Positions 1-16,900 of a stretch of 64,000 nucleotides of DNA are shown here, piece after piece. The notes below the pieces were generated by a model. It was not told the origin of the DNA. It worked only from the letters and a program-made list of their open reading frames with translations, and ran no database searches. The number at the start of each line of letters is the position of its first letter. Position 1 is the first letter of the stretch. The DNA is from Zygnema circumcarinatum SAG 698-1b. Its lineage: Eukaryota > Plantae > Zygnematophyceae. Made by a program: the position numbers and the translations under genes. The stretch spans positions 2,170,001-2,234,000 of the forward strand of contig CM074814.1 in NCBI GenBank assembly GCA_037447605.1, read 5' to 3'.

Positions 1-101
1 TAAGGCAGCACTTTTGCTCTTTCACGTAATGTACCTTTGGTTATCTGGATGAGAGTTTTTGAAAGGACCATGGTGGGGAGATGTCCATGCTTTCCTTACA
101 G

Positions 102-2542
102 GTTCTTATCAACCTGCTCTCTAATTCTTGTAAATTTACCAACAAGGGCCATATCTTCATCGTTATTCGAGCTGCCTACCCCGACGAAGATATCCGCAAA
201 GTTACTGCAGCCGTCGTTAGTGGCGAAAGCAGTCGACGAATGGACCTTCCCGATATCCACAAGCTTGAAACAATATCGGATACGGTTGAGCTTCTGCCTC
301 TTGACGGTAGAGATTTCTTCAGACCAAAACGGGTCAACGAGATCACAGAACCGTGTGCAGATGGAGATACGAAAGTAGAGGGTGGAAACCGGACTATTGG
401 GGGAACATGGTTAACACTGAGTGAACAGGAAACAGTAGAGAGCTGCAACAGCTGGTTCAAAATAAAGCACATATTGGACGCAAAATCAGGTGTTTTGATG
501 CCATTGTCGGGCAGTGTAGGAGGCCAAGTCGAGGACAATGCCGGGAATCTTGTCCGACTTGTCATTTCAGTGGAGGTTAGTACTCACCTCCGCTTTTCAA
601 TCCTGAAGAGACTTCTTTCTAACGTTCCTTTCAATAGTGAAATTTACCCTTCTCACGTACTAGTGGGGTCCTCCATTTGCCTTTTTTTGACCTGCAGGAT
701 ACAGGTTTAGGAATTCCATATAATGCGCAGCAAATGATTTTCAAACCATTTGTACAAGCAGATACGAGCACCACCAGGACACATGGTGGAACAGGTAAAT
801 GGTTGAACGTTCCCTTTTCTTAAATATGCAGTTCAGGAAAGGTAACAATTCATTCGCTCATCCTTTTTTCTATAATGGGTGGTGCAGGTATCGGCCTGAC
901 GATTTCGCGACGACTTGTGCAACTCATGGGAGGCAAATTAGGGTTTGTCTCCAGACCCGGAGTTGGGACCACTTTCTTCTTCGATATGACAGTCCCGTGT
1001 GAAATGAAGCCGTTTAAATCACCACGGACGACAGAATCTGCGAATCATAGGCTGCCAAGTGGCATTCAAATGACAGACTTACAGAACATATCAGTGGCTG
1101 TTCTTGACGATCGACCGGTCTGGCGAGCTGTGGTGGAGAGTTATCTTCGGAGGTTGGGAGTACAGGTCATAAACGATGACACTACTCCTCTGAACGGAGA
1201 TAGCATTTGGACAGGGTCGGTGGGAGATGGGAGAGCAGCCAATGGGGTATCTCCTGCGGGAGATAGTCAGGGGAATCCTGGGCAAGCAAATGGCAGGTCT
1301 CACAGATCGGGAGGAGAGCGTAATTCAGGGGAATTTCCAGGCAACTTTTTTGGACCTGTCCTTGTAGTGGATTCGGATTGGCTAGCAGCACATGGAGGTG
1401 TCCGAAGGGGGTGGAGAGAAAACATTCCATCCAGAATGGAAGAGAGATTGGGTCTGCACGGAGTGAAGAGTCGAGCAATTCTAATGTGTAGGGATAGGGG
1501 GATGGAGGAGGCTGCTAGAATAGCTGGTTTTGATGCCATGTTGGTAAAGCCATTGCGACAAAGTGCATTGGCGGGTTGTTTGGCTCAGTGCTTTGCTATT
1601 GGAAGTCGGAGATTCTCGGGAGGGAGTGTAGCTCCAAGAGGGCCTATTCAGGTGTATGTGCCTGATGGTATGAGCACTAGTGAGAGAAGGGATGGGGAGA
1701 TGGAAGAGAGAGCTAAAGCAGAGAAAAAACTGGTGGAGGCGAGTACGCCCCAACCACCGTCGGAGTCGGATGAGAAAGAACTGCTTAAGGAAGCATTTCG
1801 AGATCGGCTCTTTTTGGTGGTAGGTCGTGCTAAAAATACTTCCTTGATGTTACTTCTGACCGTTGAGTTTGACTTCGGCTTGGGTGATGGACTTGTCCAT
1901 TGAAAAATCCTGAGTGGAAAACTGCAGGAAACCACTCCCATGTGGAGGTAGAGCAGAAACGATGTGAAGGATCCGACTTACTTGTGATGGGGGAATTTGT
2001 ATTGGTGTCAGGTGGATGACAATATGGTGAACAGAAAAGTGATTGCCAAAATGCTGCAGCGGTATGGAGCAATTGTGGAGGCAGTGGTGGGAGGACCGCA
2101 GGCAGTAAAGCGGCTTCAAGAACCGCACGAATTTGACTGTGTGCTGATGGACATCCAGGTGAAAATTCCCAAGAAAACTTGTATTTTTTCTGGGACTGAA
2201 TTGGCAGGAAATGTTCTTCATGAACATGGGGGTTGACCCATGTATTCTTTCCCCTTTTCCTTTCTGAATTCAACATTTGGGGGTGCACAGATGCCGGAAA
2301 TGGACGGTTTCGAGGCAACACTGCGGATACGAAAGAATGAGTTGGAGACAGAGAGATACAACACTCATGGCAGGATCCCAATTTTTGCACTCACTGCAGA
2401 CATAGTTGCAGGGACTCGGGAGAAGTGCTTTGAGTCGGGGATGGATGGCTTCATGTCCAAACCCATTGAACAAGACCAGCTTTACCGCGTAGTGCTGCCT
2501 TTGTTTACTGACTTGCCACAGGGAGACAACGCTATGCCTTGA
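102..2542 (+). CDS. Hybrid histidine kinase, 3' portion (HATPase + pseudo-receiver + receiver), cytokinin-receptor (AHK/CHK)-like; 5' part lies upstream of the window
   Basis: GT-AG exons 102-575, 698-794, 888-1819, 2012-2158, 2291-2542 splice in frame. Motifs: N box VLINLLSNSCKFT, G1 DTGLGIP, F box FKPFVQAD, G2 GGTGIGLTIS, receiver LVVDDN..LMDIQMPEMDG..ALTA..KP. TLSEQETVESCNSW resembles the AHK-type insertion. A CHASE domain is not visible here. Confidence 0.92.
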
Positions 2543-4573
2543 GAGAAGGCCCGAGGGTCTATTCAAAAGTAGGGGCAAAGGCGTGGCAGGTAGGCTCTAT
2601 CCAAAATCTCAGTAGCTCATGTATGCAGTTATATAGACAGATGTGTTGTACCTCTCCGCTCACTTCTAGTGCTGCTGCCGTGATGCCCCAGAAAGCTTCT
2701 CTATATCATTATCTATTTAAGGCACAATTGTGTCCAAATTGCCCTGTAGAAAGTAGGATACATTGAAGCTCCTTTTATTTTTTTCCCTTTGTAGTGGGCA
2801 ACTTTGCCCCCAACAGCAGCTGAGGCACAACTCATAGAAAGTCTTTCAGAGTGTTTAGTTGCCAAATCAGTGCTTCTAGGTACACAGACAAGGATCCCAT
2901 TATTTGCCCTATGCTTCTTTTTAAGAAGAAGCGGGGGGTTACATTGATGTACTGCAGTCTTCAGGGTTTTTTCGAGAATAATGGGAAGGCAAATGGAGCT
3001 GTGTAGGCTGCTGTTGGGGGATTCACAGGGGGTTCTATGCAGTGATCAGTCTCAGTTCGGGGGTACAGAGGTCGTCGTATTTTGCATGACAGAAAGAACT
3101 ATGGAAATCGTTTTCGTTGGGGATCATTTGCTTTTTGGACCTTGTTGACAAAGGGATCGTCGTATCCTTTCAGAACCATAGGTCCTTTGTTTACAATAGT
3201 CTTGGAAGGTGGAGAGACAAACCCTAAAAGCATGGAAACCCCGGATGACCTTCCAACTGAGTCACAATAAGTTCAGTTAGATTTAGCGTTTCTATGTCTG
3301 CATCCAAACAGGAATATGATGCCATTTTTGTACGCTGAATTCTGTTTCCGTCCATGCAACCGCATGCATACAAGGGCCCATGTGAGGGTCCATTCCCATT
3401 CCCCACTCTGGAGCTGTTGTGGCCTCCGTTTCTAAAGAAATCAACCTGTGCAGTAAAAGTAAGAGTTTGGGAAAGAGAATTAGAAAAGAAAGCCTCTACC
3501 AATCCCCTTTCTTATTTTTCTTATCCTTTATGCAAGAAAAAAAAAAAAAGCGTCCATTCATCAGTTAGTGAAATTTAGTGAATTCATCAAAGCGAGAGAA
3601 GCTGAAAACCTTTTGAACCATACTCTCTCTTTTTCCTCTCCACGAATGACGACTCGCCATGTACTTTTGTATACGTGGCGACTTGCTATTGGACTACAGT
3701 AAGCCCAATAATCGTACGGATAATGTTAAAAAATGTACGGCTCAACTGTACGGCAGTACAGTAGACCCCCCCAATATTTTCGCCCCTCTTATTTTCGCTC
3801 CCCAATATTTTCGCCCTGAATTTGCCAAAACCACTTTTTAACATAATACTGCCCGCCTATTGTTAACACGCACCCTTATGTAAACCGCTCGCAGCCCCGA
3901 GCGGGCGCAAGCGACCGTCGATCTCCCGCGATCGCGGAGCCGCAGTCCCTTACGCCCCCGCCTGCCGTACGCTCCGCAGCCCCGCGAGGCCCCGCCGCCG
4001 GGTCGGCGCAGCTCCGGAGGCCTGGGTGGTACGGACGTTTTATCACCCTTTTTTTTTTTTTTGGGGCGTTTTTTTTTTTTTTTTGGGGCGTAATTTTTTT
4101 TGAACTTTTTTTGTTTTTTTTTTTTCCCTTTCGTTGTTTTTCTTTTTTATACCACCGCGGTGACCCCGCTACACAGAGACAGGGTCCAGGCACCGCCGCC
4201 CGCCGCCTACTCGCGGCTAAGTTTGAAAAACCACGAGGACCACTCCCTCTCCAAGCGGAGACATCGCCGTTGCGTTGCTCATAACGCAATAGCGGACGGG
4301 GGGCGACGACCATGGAAACGTACAAAAAGCGATACGATACGATACGATATTTGCGCCTTTGACAATACGGACTGTCTCTCCGCCGCTAAGGGATTCGTCC
4401 TCGTGGTTTCTTTATGCTCTTCTCCTGAACGCCCTCCCCCCTCGCCCCGTCCGCCATAGCCCGAGCAAGGGTCTTTCTGTTTGTGTTGTCTCTTTAATTC
4501 TTATCCCTTTCCCAAATATGTTATAGTTTTATAAAGTTTCTAATGTTTCTTATATATGTTTTTTTTTGTGTAG

Positions 4574-5667
4574 AGCGACCACGGAGTAGCTTTCAAATAC
4601 CGGCACATTGAAGCAGCAAAATTTGTACAAACGCTTCGATATTTTGCATATGTTTTCTTGCAAGATGCGGTGTATGCTTCAGAAATTCCAATGTTCACAA
4701 AAAGTGTGAAGAGTTTCAGAGGTGAGGAGTTACAGAATGACCTTAATTCTTTGTCATTTAACCTCTGCCTTTATCATTCTTGCTTAATTCTATTTGTGTG
4801 TTGTGTGTTTTTGTTTTCATTGAAGAATTTTTCAGTTTTGCGAATGAAGCGAGGATAGAGGGGGTAAGGATGAAGGCGGTATATGAAAGGAGTCGCCTTT
4901 CAACAATCGAAAATTTACATTCAACAATCGAAAATTTACAAGCAACATTACAAGCAACAATTCAGTTATGCATGGAGGGAGGAGGCATGCAGGGAGGAGG
5001 CGTGCAAGGAGGGATGCTTGGAGGAGGCATGCAAGGAGTAGGCATGCAAGGAGGAGGGATGCAAGGAAGCATGCAAGGAGGAGGGATGTAGAGAAGCATG
5101 CAAGGAGGGCTGCAAGGAAGCATGCAGGGAGGGCTGCAAGGAGGCATGCAGGGAGGGATGCAGGGAAGCATGCAAGGAGGGTTGCAAGGAGGCATGCAGG
5201 GAGGGCTGCAACGAAGCATGCAAGGGGGGCTGCAAGGAGGCATGCAGGGAGGGCTGCAAGGAAGCATGCAAGGAGGGATGCAAGGAGGCATGCAGGGAGG
5301 GCTGCAACGAAGCATGCAAGGAGGGCTGCAACGAAGCATGCAAGGAGGGCTGCAAGGAGGCATGCAGGGAGGGCTGCAACGAAGCATGCAAGGAGGGCTG
5401 CAAGGAAGCATGCAAGGAGGAGGGATGCAGGGAAACATGCAGGGAGGGCTGCAAGGAAGGAAGGAGGGAGGGAGGGAGGCGTTGCGAGAGAGGCGGTGGC
5501 TGCGGGACATGCCTCGATATTTACACTGCAGCGTGCTGGTGTTTTACTTGACTCGTTTACAGAATTTCCAATGCTTTCAGTGCAATGTAGTAGGTTTGAT
5601 GGAGAACGATGGCATTTACCAAGAGACTGTGAACCATGCCACCAGCCTGCAACACTTTCAACATTGA
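4574..5667 (+). pseudogene. Spliced cargo gene fragment inside the TIR element: helical segment, coiled-coil-like segment, G-G-M-Q repeat; one nonsense codon
   Basis: Exon 4574-4721 reads SDHGVAFKYRHIEAAKFVQTLRYFAYVFLQDAVY..., donor GTGAG. The second part shares one frame across ORFs 4780-5091 and 5098-5667, broken only by TAG at 5089-5091 where the repeat unit has CAG. Confidence 0.5.
4968..5460. repeat. 12-bp minisatellite (ATGCAAGGAGGG / CTGCAAGGAGGC variants), about 40 units
   Basis: Directly visible tandem array; translates to (G/R)(G/S)(M/L)Q tetrapeptides on the + strand. Confidence 0.95.
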
Positions 5668-7216
5668 GGGCTTTTTAACCAATAATTTGTAAACTAGGCC
5701 AAAACATATGTCGATAAGATAATCTTGCTAAGCTTTTGGAGTGCGAGTTCCATTGGGAACAGCACTATAACCACACAGAAAAAAGCTCGAAAACACTTAC
5801 ACACACAAAAACGCGCAACTCAACTCAATCGCACACTCCCTCCATCCCTCCCTCATTCCCACGCGCACAAAGGTAATGCTTTGTAAACGTACCAATGCCA
5901 TTCGGCGGGCTATAATCCTACAAACCTTTATAGGGACACAAGTTGTAAGCTGGACAGAAGGATCTACCAAACAAGGGAAACAACGCCGGTTTCATTCATA
6001 CCAGCCACTAGCAACTACTCACACTTTTAACAATCAAATTTGTACACAAAACCATTTCATATATACAAGGTTTCGAATTTTGTAAACGCATACCATCAAG
6101 TTGTTGTGTGTCCGGTTCTCTCGATGTACTGGTCTCTACACATTTTACAATTTCGTACAAGTTTACAATTGTCTCTTGGTTTCAAATTGTGGCTTGTGTC
6201 TTGTGTGATACTGTGAGTTCCTTTTTTTGCCCAAGGGTCGGGCCGCGCCTTCACATGCGTGAACTGAACGCGCAAGGGATTGCGTACTACGCGTACGCGG
6301 CGGCTAAGCTGCCTTCGAAACCACCAGGACCACTCCCTCTCCAAGCGGCGAAATTGCCGTTGCGTTGCTTATCACGCAACGGCGAATTCACTCCATGCGA
6401 ATGCCTTCTTGGCGGCATCGTGTCCGCCCATTTCATCGACGGTTCTTCGCGAGCTGCGAAATCAAGCATAACTATGGTTATATTTTCGCTACCCAATATT
6501 TTCGCCCAATATTTGCCGAAACCATGGCGAAAATATTGGGGGGGTCTACTGTAGGTAGAACGGAAGTGTACGAACATAAATGTACTGTACAGTACAGTAC
6601 AGTATTGTTCAGGGATGGCAATAAATCCGTACAAGGGACTTTTAGAGTTTTAGATTTCAGAATTACTGTAGAACGTTCTAATATTCAAACGTTTCAGAGT
6701 TTTAGAAACTTCTATAATTGGCGTACGACCGTTGAAATTGAACATGCACGGATGTCGATCTCAATTTTAGGTTAGGACTTGCTGTGCGACGGCGCTGGCC
6801 CTTCAGAGGGGCTGCCGTACGATCGTACGACCAAACTATTGTTCGGTTGTTCTAAAAGTGTTTTATAAAACGACTTTTATAATTTTCAATGGGAATTTTA
6901 AAACACGGCACTGCGTCAATAAATCCATCCCTAATATGTACAAAAAGGACAAGGCGGCGAAGGCGAGCCTTGGAAGAAAGCGACCGCCATTGCCGCCATG
7001 GCGGGTGAGCTCCGCTGGGGGAGGGGGGAGGAGAGGCAGCAGAGAGAGGGCGGCGGCAGCAGGGGCGACAGGCGCTTGGACGAAAGAATGGCAGCCATGG
7101 CGGCGCAGATCTGGAGGTTCGTCTAAGCTTTTGCACGTGTTCTGCCAGCTGTGGCGTTCCCTTGAGCTTCCAAGATCCAGCCCTGGAAGGGAGAAGGGGG
7201 AGAACTTGAAGGAGCT

Positions 7217-12278
<5,062 letters not shown>

Positions 12279-13757
12279 ACATACAGGTGAGGGAGAGGGT
12301 GAGAGAGAGGGAAAGAGCGTTTTTCATGAAAGTAAAAAGTTTTGGCCCAAAGCCATCATCTCCTGATCAAGCCGAAAGGAACCCTTCATGCATAGTTTGT
12401 CGTCAGACACATGTCTCTTGTTAATGTTAATCCACTCATCTCTGTAAAATTATCCCTGACTTTGAGTTAACTAACACAGAAATAAGCGGATATACCCCAA
12501 CTGTTGAATGGAATTTTCTTTAAGGCAAGCTTAGGCAGTACGTGGACATTCTATCTCCCTTTAAAGAGAGCGGAAGTTTTAATCCTAATGCTTCTTTGAA
12601 CCCTAATGCTTCATTGTACTCTGCACATTTGCAGGATTTTCCTCCTGAGCACGAGCTCGTGGTGTCCCTAACTCCGGGCTGCTTCTAATTTAAAAAAAAT
12701 ATAGTTTCACAGCCCTCCCTGGTCAGCCACGGCTAAGCTGTCCATTCCAATGTACACCATGAGTAGTACGGACTCGTTGGATTTCTTCTTCGGGGAGCCG
12801 TTTTTAGAGTTTCGTTTGAGAGGAGGCCATGTAGGGTTGCGTATGTTGCAAATTTTGGATGTTTAGGTTTGCATTTGTCTTTATACCCTTAGAACTACAC
12901 CAATTCCTGATTGTTTTGCAGGAGGTTAGAGGTTATTTTGGGCTGGTTAGCATTGAAAGGGACTATCCCAGGACCCTCTCCCTCTCCCTTCCACTCTCTC
13001 TCTCTCTCTCTCTCTCACTCTCTCTCTCTCTCTCTCTTTCCCTCCCCCCTCCCCACCCCCCCACCTCTACATTCATTGTTCAATTTGAGGCATGGCTGCT
13101 TTCATGCTCTATGCTCGGCTAATGGTCCTCCGCCAATAGAGTAGCATGCTGCTTTGGGCTCCGTTTGAATCGGCTATTTCAAGGGTACGTTCAGAAACAA
13201 GGCAGTAGCTGGTTCAGGACTATAACTGTATATGTACAAGTTGAGCCTTTAGTCAAATAGCAGGACTCGTCTAAGCGTTCGTTTCCACTTTTCCGTTTCC
13301 ATCCTTCTTGTGTGCGCTACAATTCTTCGTATTTTGCCGCTCTCTAGATCGACTGTGGGATCACTTTCCATCTGTATTTCTGCCTCAATGCAGTAAAGTA
13401 TACGTAGCTTTAAGGGCTGTTTGTATGCTCAGCTTCGGCTCTCTTGGACAGTCATCACCGCGACTTGGTTCCACGGACAGCTTGGTCTGCGCAAGGATGT
13501 CACGTTAGCAGGAAGGAGTTTATTTCGGAATGGCGTGAATTCAGGGGTCAGATTTTGAATTGTTTTTTCAGGTACGGTTTCAAAAAAGTTGTAAAATACA
13601 ATTCTGCTTTAGTAAACATAGTCACATCTTCTAATATAAGTCAACTTGGCCTTAATCTCTTCCAAAGCTCCAGATGCCCACAGATGCCCTTGAGCTCAGC
13701 AAAAACAGTCTGAACAGACCTGCTAAGGAACAGGATTTACCTCTTCCTTGTCGTTGC

Positions 13758-13868
13758 TCAGGGTTCTCAGGGTTCTAAGGGTCTAAGGGGTTTCAGGGTT
13801 TCAGGGTTTCAGGGTTTCAGGGTTTCTATATTTTCAGGGTTTTAAAGGTTTCCGTGCTATTTAGGGTT
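13758..13868 (+). repeat. Interstitial telomere-like array (four perfect TTTCAGGG units at 13791-13822 plus degenerate flanks)
   Basis: Directly visible; related to the plant telomere repeat TTTAGGG. Confidence 0.75.
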
Positions 13869-13914
13869 TGTAGATGGAGCCATCATGGCATACTTTCGCG
13901 AAATTAGCACCCAG

Positions 13915-16900
13915 CTAATGAACTTGGAAGCGTGAGTTGATGTGCTTTCGAGAGTAGTCCCTCGCCCAGTCCTCAAGTGCCCTCCACAGAGGGAGAAGGA
14001 AGGGACGTTCACCATCCTGCGAGGGTTCAAGCATTGAGTGATGTAAATCGGCCCATAGACCACATAGGTCATTGCCCAACAAAGGGTGGACGTTTCTACA
14101 CACGGCCAAGTGGGGCCTAACCAGAGACAACTAACCAGAGAAAAAAGGAATAGCGAATCTAATTGACCGATACGAACTGAAGCCGTCAGAGGTGGATGGG
14201 GGAGGGGGAAAAGGTGGGTGGAGGCAGGGTGAGAGGGAGCGGGAGAGAGATGTTGGAACGGAGAGGGAGGGGGAGAGGGAGAGAAAGAGGGAAGGAGATG
14301 GAGGCGTTAAGGGAGGGGAGGGGAGGGGATGGGGAGTAGGGGGAGAGGGGGAAAGAGTGCGACGGGAAGAGGGAGGGTGGCGAGACGAAAAAGAAATAGT
14401 TTGCAAATTGGATTAAGGACAGCACGTACGGAGTACACTCGCTTGCTCACCTCTGCAGGATCGGTCTCAGCCACAAAGAGCGCTTGCTTCTTGTTGATAC
14501 TGCAATACAAAATAAGAAAAATCAAAATGGAGCTCAGGAGTTCCAACGGGCAAAGGTGCAGAAGGGACTTCAACGTGCAATGGAAATAACAAACTTCAAG
14601 AGGTTTGGAATTGAACACAAACGAAGACCTCCATAGGTTGAAAGTAATAAGGAGGCGGCGGAGCTATTACCTTGCACCAGATGATCACATGAAATGTTAA
14701 TGCATATTCCTACTTTATAAACTTGTCGCAGCCCCATACACCGGACTGAATGTCAGCAGGGAACAAGATGCAGTGCAAACCTACCTGCTCCGAAAAAGCC
14801 AAATTGCATCCTTCACATGCTGCTGGAGATCACATTGAAGCCCAGGATACTGCCGCACTAAATCCCCAATCCGCTCCTGCATGTTCGGATCCTGCCAAAC
14901 AAGTTTTATTTGCTGATTAGGGAGTTTGAAGCTGTGTCTGTTCGCATCTCTCCGTCCTCCCTACCCCTCTCCTCTACAGGTGTGACCGCAGCTTACTTTT
15001 GTATGGAACTTCTTCCCAGACTTCTCAGGCTGTAATGCATTTGAAATATGCGACATCTGAACGCCACAGGTCATCTCTGAGCTTGGTTCGTTGAATAGGG
15101 CACAGCTTATATGTTCTCGTATGCAAAAGGAACAAGCGAAAGCAAGAGATAGTAAAGTCAGAGTATGCACCCACCTCAAGAAGATCCTCCACAATTCTGG
15201 AACAGTGAACTGTCAGAACAAAAGGAAGAAGAACACAAAACGTCGTAGGTGAGAGTTTTAGACAGACACAAATCAGGGCAGAAGTTACTGCCAATACCAG
15301 CCAAAAATCCTATGATCAGGCGAAATCCTGTAACAAGCATTTGCAAATGTTTGCTTACAATCGACAGCGCTATAAGGAACATCCGAAAGCAAAAGACTTC
15401 CCACAGCTGCAACATCGACGCTTTGCAGCACGTTGCCGACATTCCCACAATGCTTTGGCAAATTGCTCAGTGTTGGACCTGCAGATTAAAGGAGCTACCA
15501 ACACGTAAGCTTGAAGCTCAGGCCGGCCCCAGCGGTATTTCTTTTGATTTTTTTTTGGTTTATTGTCAATGTGTTGCATTTGTACATGGTTTAGGTGTTC
15601 TTGCAACTCATGTTTGAGGGCAATTCGCTCTTACACACCGTTACCACGATTTGGCCACCGTAGAAAAGATACTCATAGGTTTCTGATATGCGGCTGGTTG
15701 GAGAGCCTTAGAGCAATTGTGTTTGGATTGCAACAATGCAACAATTCAGCACTTTGGCAGCTTTCAAATGACCAAGACGGGAAACGATCTTACCTGAAGC
15801 ATAGGGGGTTTCGGGCAATTGTGAGTATACAGATTGAAGAATAATTACCCAGTCCCTGGAAGTGGCCATAAGCTCCTCGGACTGATACAAGCCAAGACCA
15901 TTGAAGGTTAGCCCTGCTCGCCAAGATAAGAGAAGTATTCTGACTCTTCCAAAATAAACTCGGGTCATCTCTATTTTCAAGTTCCATGACCACAACTGCG
16001 AAAGGACGTCATTCCACATTTCCACATCTGTCGACGTGAACACAACTCATTTCTCTCTTTTTCTGGAGTTTGAAGTTGTAAATTCTCCTGACTCTGCATC
16101 AGAATTTTAATTCTGACCGAGCATAAACAGAGTACACCTTTTAGACCGGAGTAATTCTGCAACGCAAGGCAAAAATATCCCTCAGCAAAGCTGTGGAGTT
16201 TTCCTTACCTCTTCAAACCCATCCTTCTGCGCAAATGCAGCCTCTCGAACAGCCGAAGGAGGAGCGGAGCCATCGGTGAATCGTTTAAACCAAATTGAAG
16301 CACATCTGTTCCATCAGACACTTTTGCTGAAAGTTCACATACAAACCAACCTATAGCTTTACCTTTTTTTTTGCAGCGACGTCGTCTACAAATCATTTGA
16401 TACGAGAGATTCCCTATTGGCATCTACGCTTCCAACAAGGGAACCTTGGACGATTCTCTAACTAAAATACTCCTCATTATAAGTCCCACAGGGTCTGGTT
16501 TTCAAGACGTTACCTCTTTAAGAAGTCAACATCCCCAAAGGTACCACCAAAACTTGCACGAAGCAAAAGACACCTGCAGACACCATATAGAAAAGACGAG
16601 GTTCATTATTCAGGAATTGCAAGGGGCTTGCAAAAAAAGCTATGCTCAAGCATAAGCGTAGGAGCTGAAGACTCTAATATGCTCACATGCATATGTCAAT
16701 GGCAGGTGAACCGTTCACAAGGGCCACACAAAATGTCAAAAATACAAAAACGATGAAATCAATTGCGTTATTGGAAGGACGAGAACGAACTTGATAAGAA
16801 TTGCTTTTTCTGGAGCCAGACACGCATCTACTTGATGCAGTTGGAGTGGTGGGATCCAAGTCTCTCCTGCAAACAAGCAAGTCAGGAAAAGAAATTCGCA

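Larger units (their letters stand above)
3759..6551. mobile_element. Non-autonomous Tc1/mariner-type TIR element (2793 bp) carrying cargo
   Basis: Perfect 26-bp TIRs CAGTAGACCCCCCCAATATTTTCGCC (3759-3784) and its reverse complement (6526-6551), flanked by TA on both sides (3757-58, 6552-53). Subterminal AATATTTTCGC repeats at both ends. No transposase motif seen inside. Confidence 0.85.

Noticed and set aside
4962-5678. Alternative-frame repeats (HASLQPSL, PPCM, ARRHAG) and possible CRISPR-like periodicity
   Set aside because: Shadow frames of the 12-bp minisatellite; no unique spacers and no cas genes.
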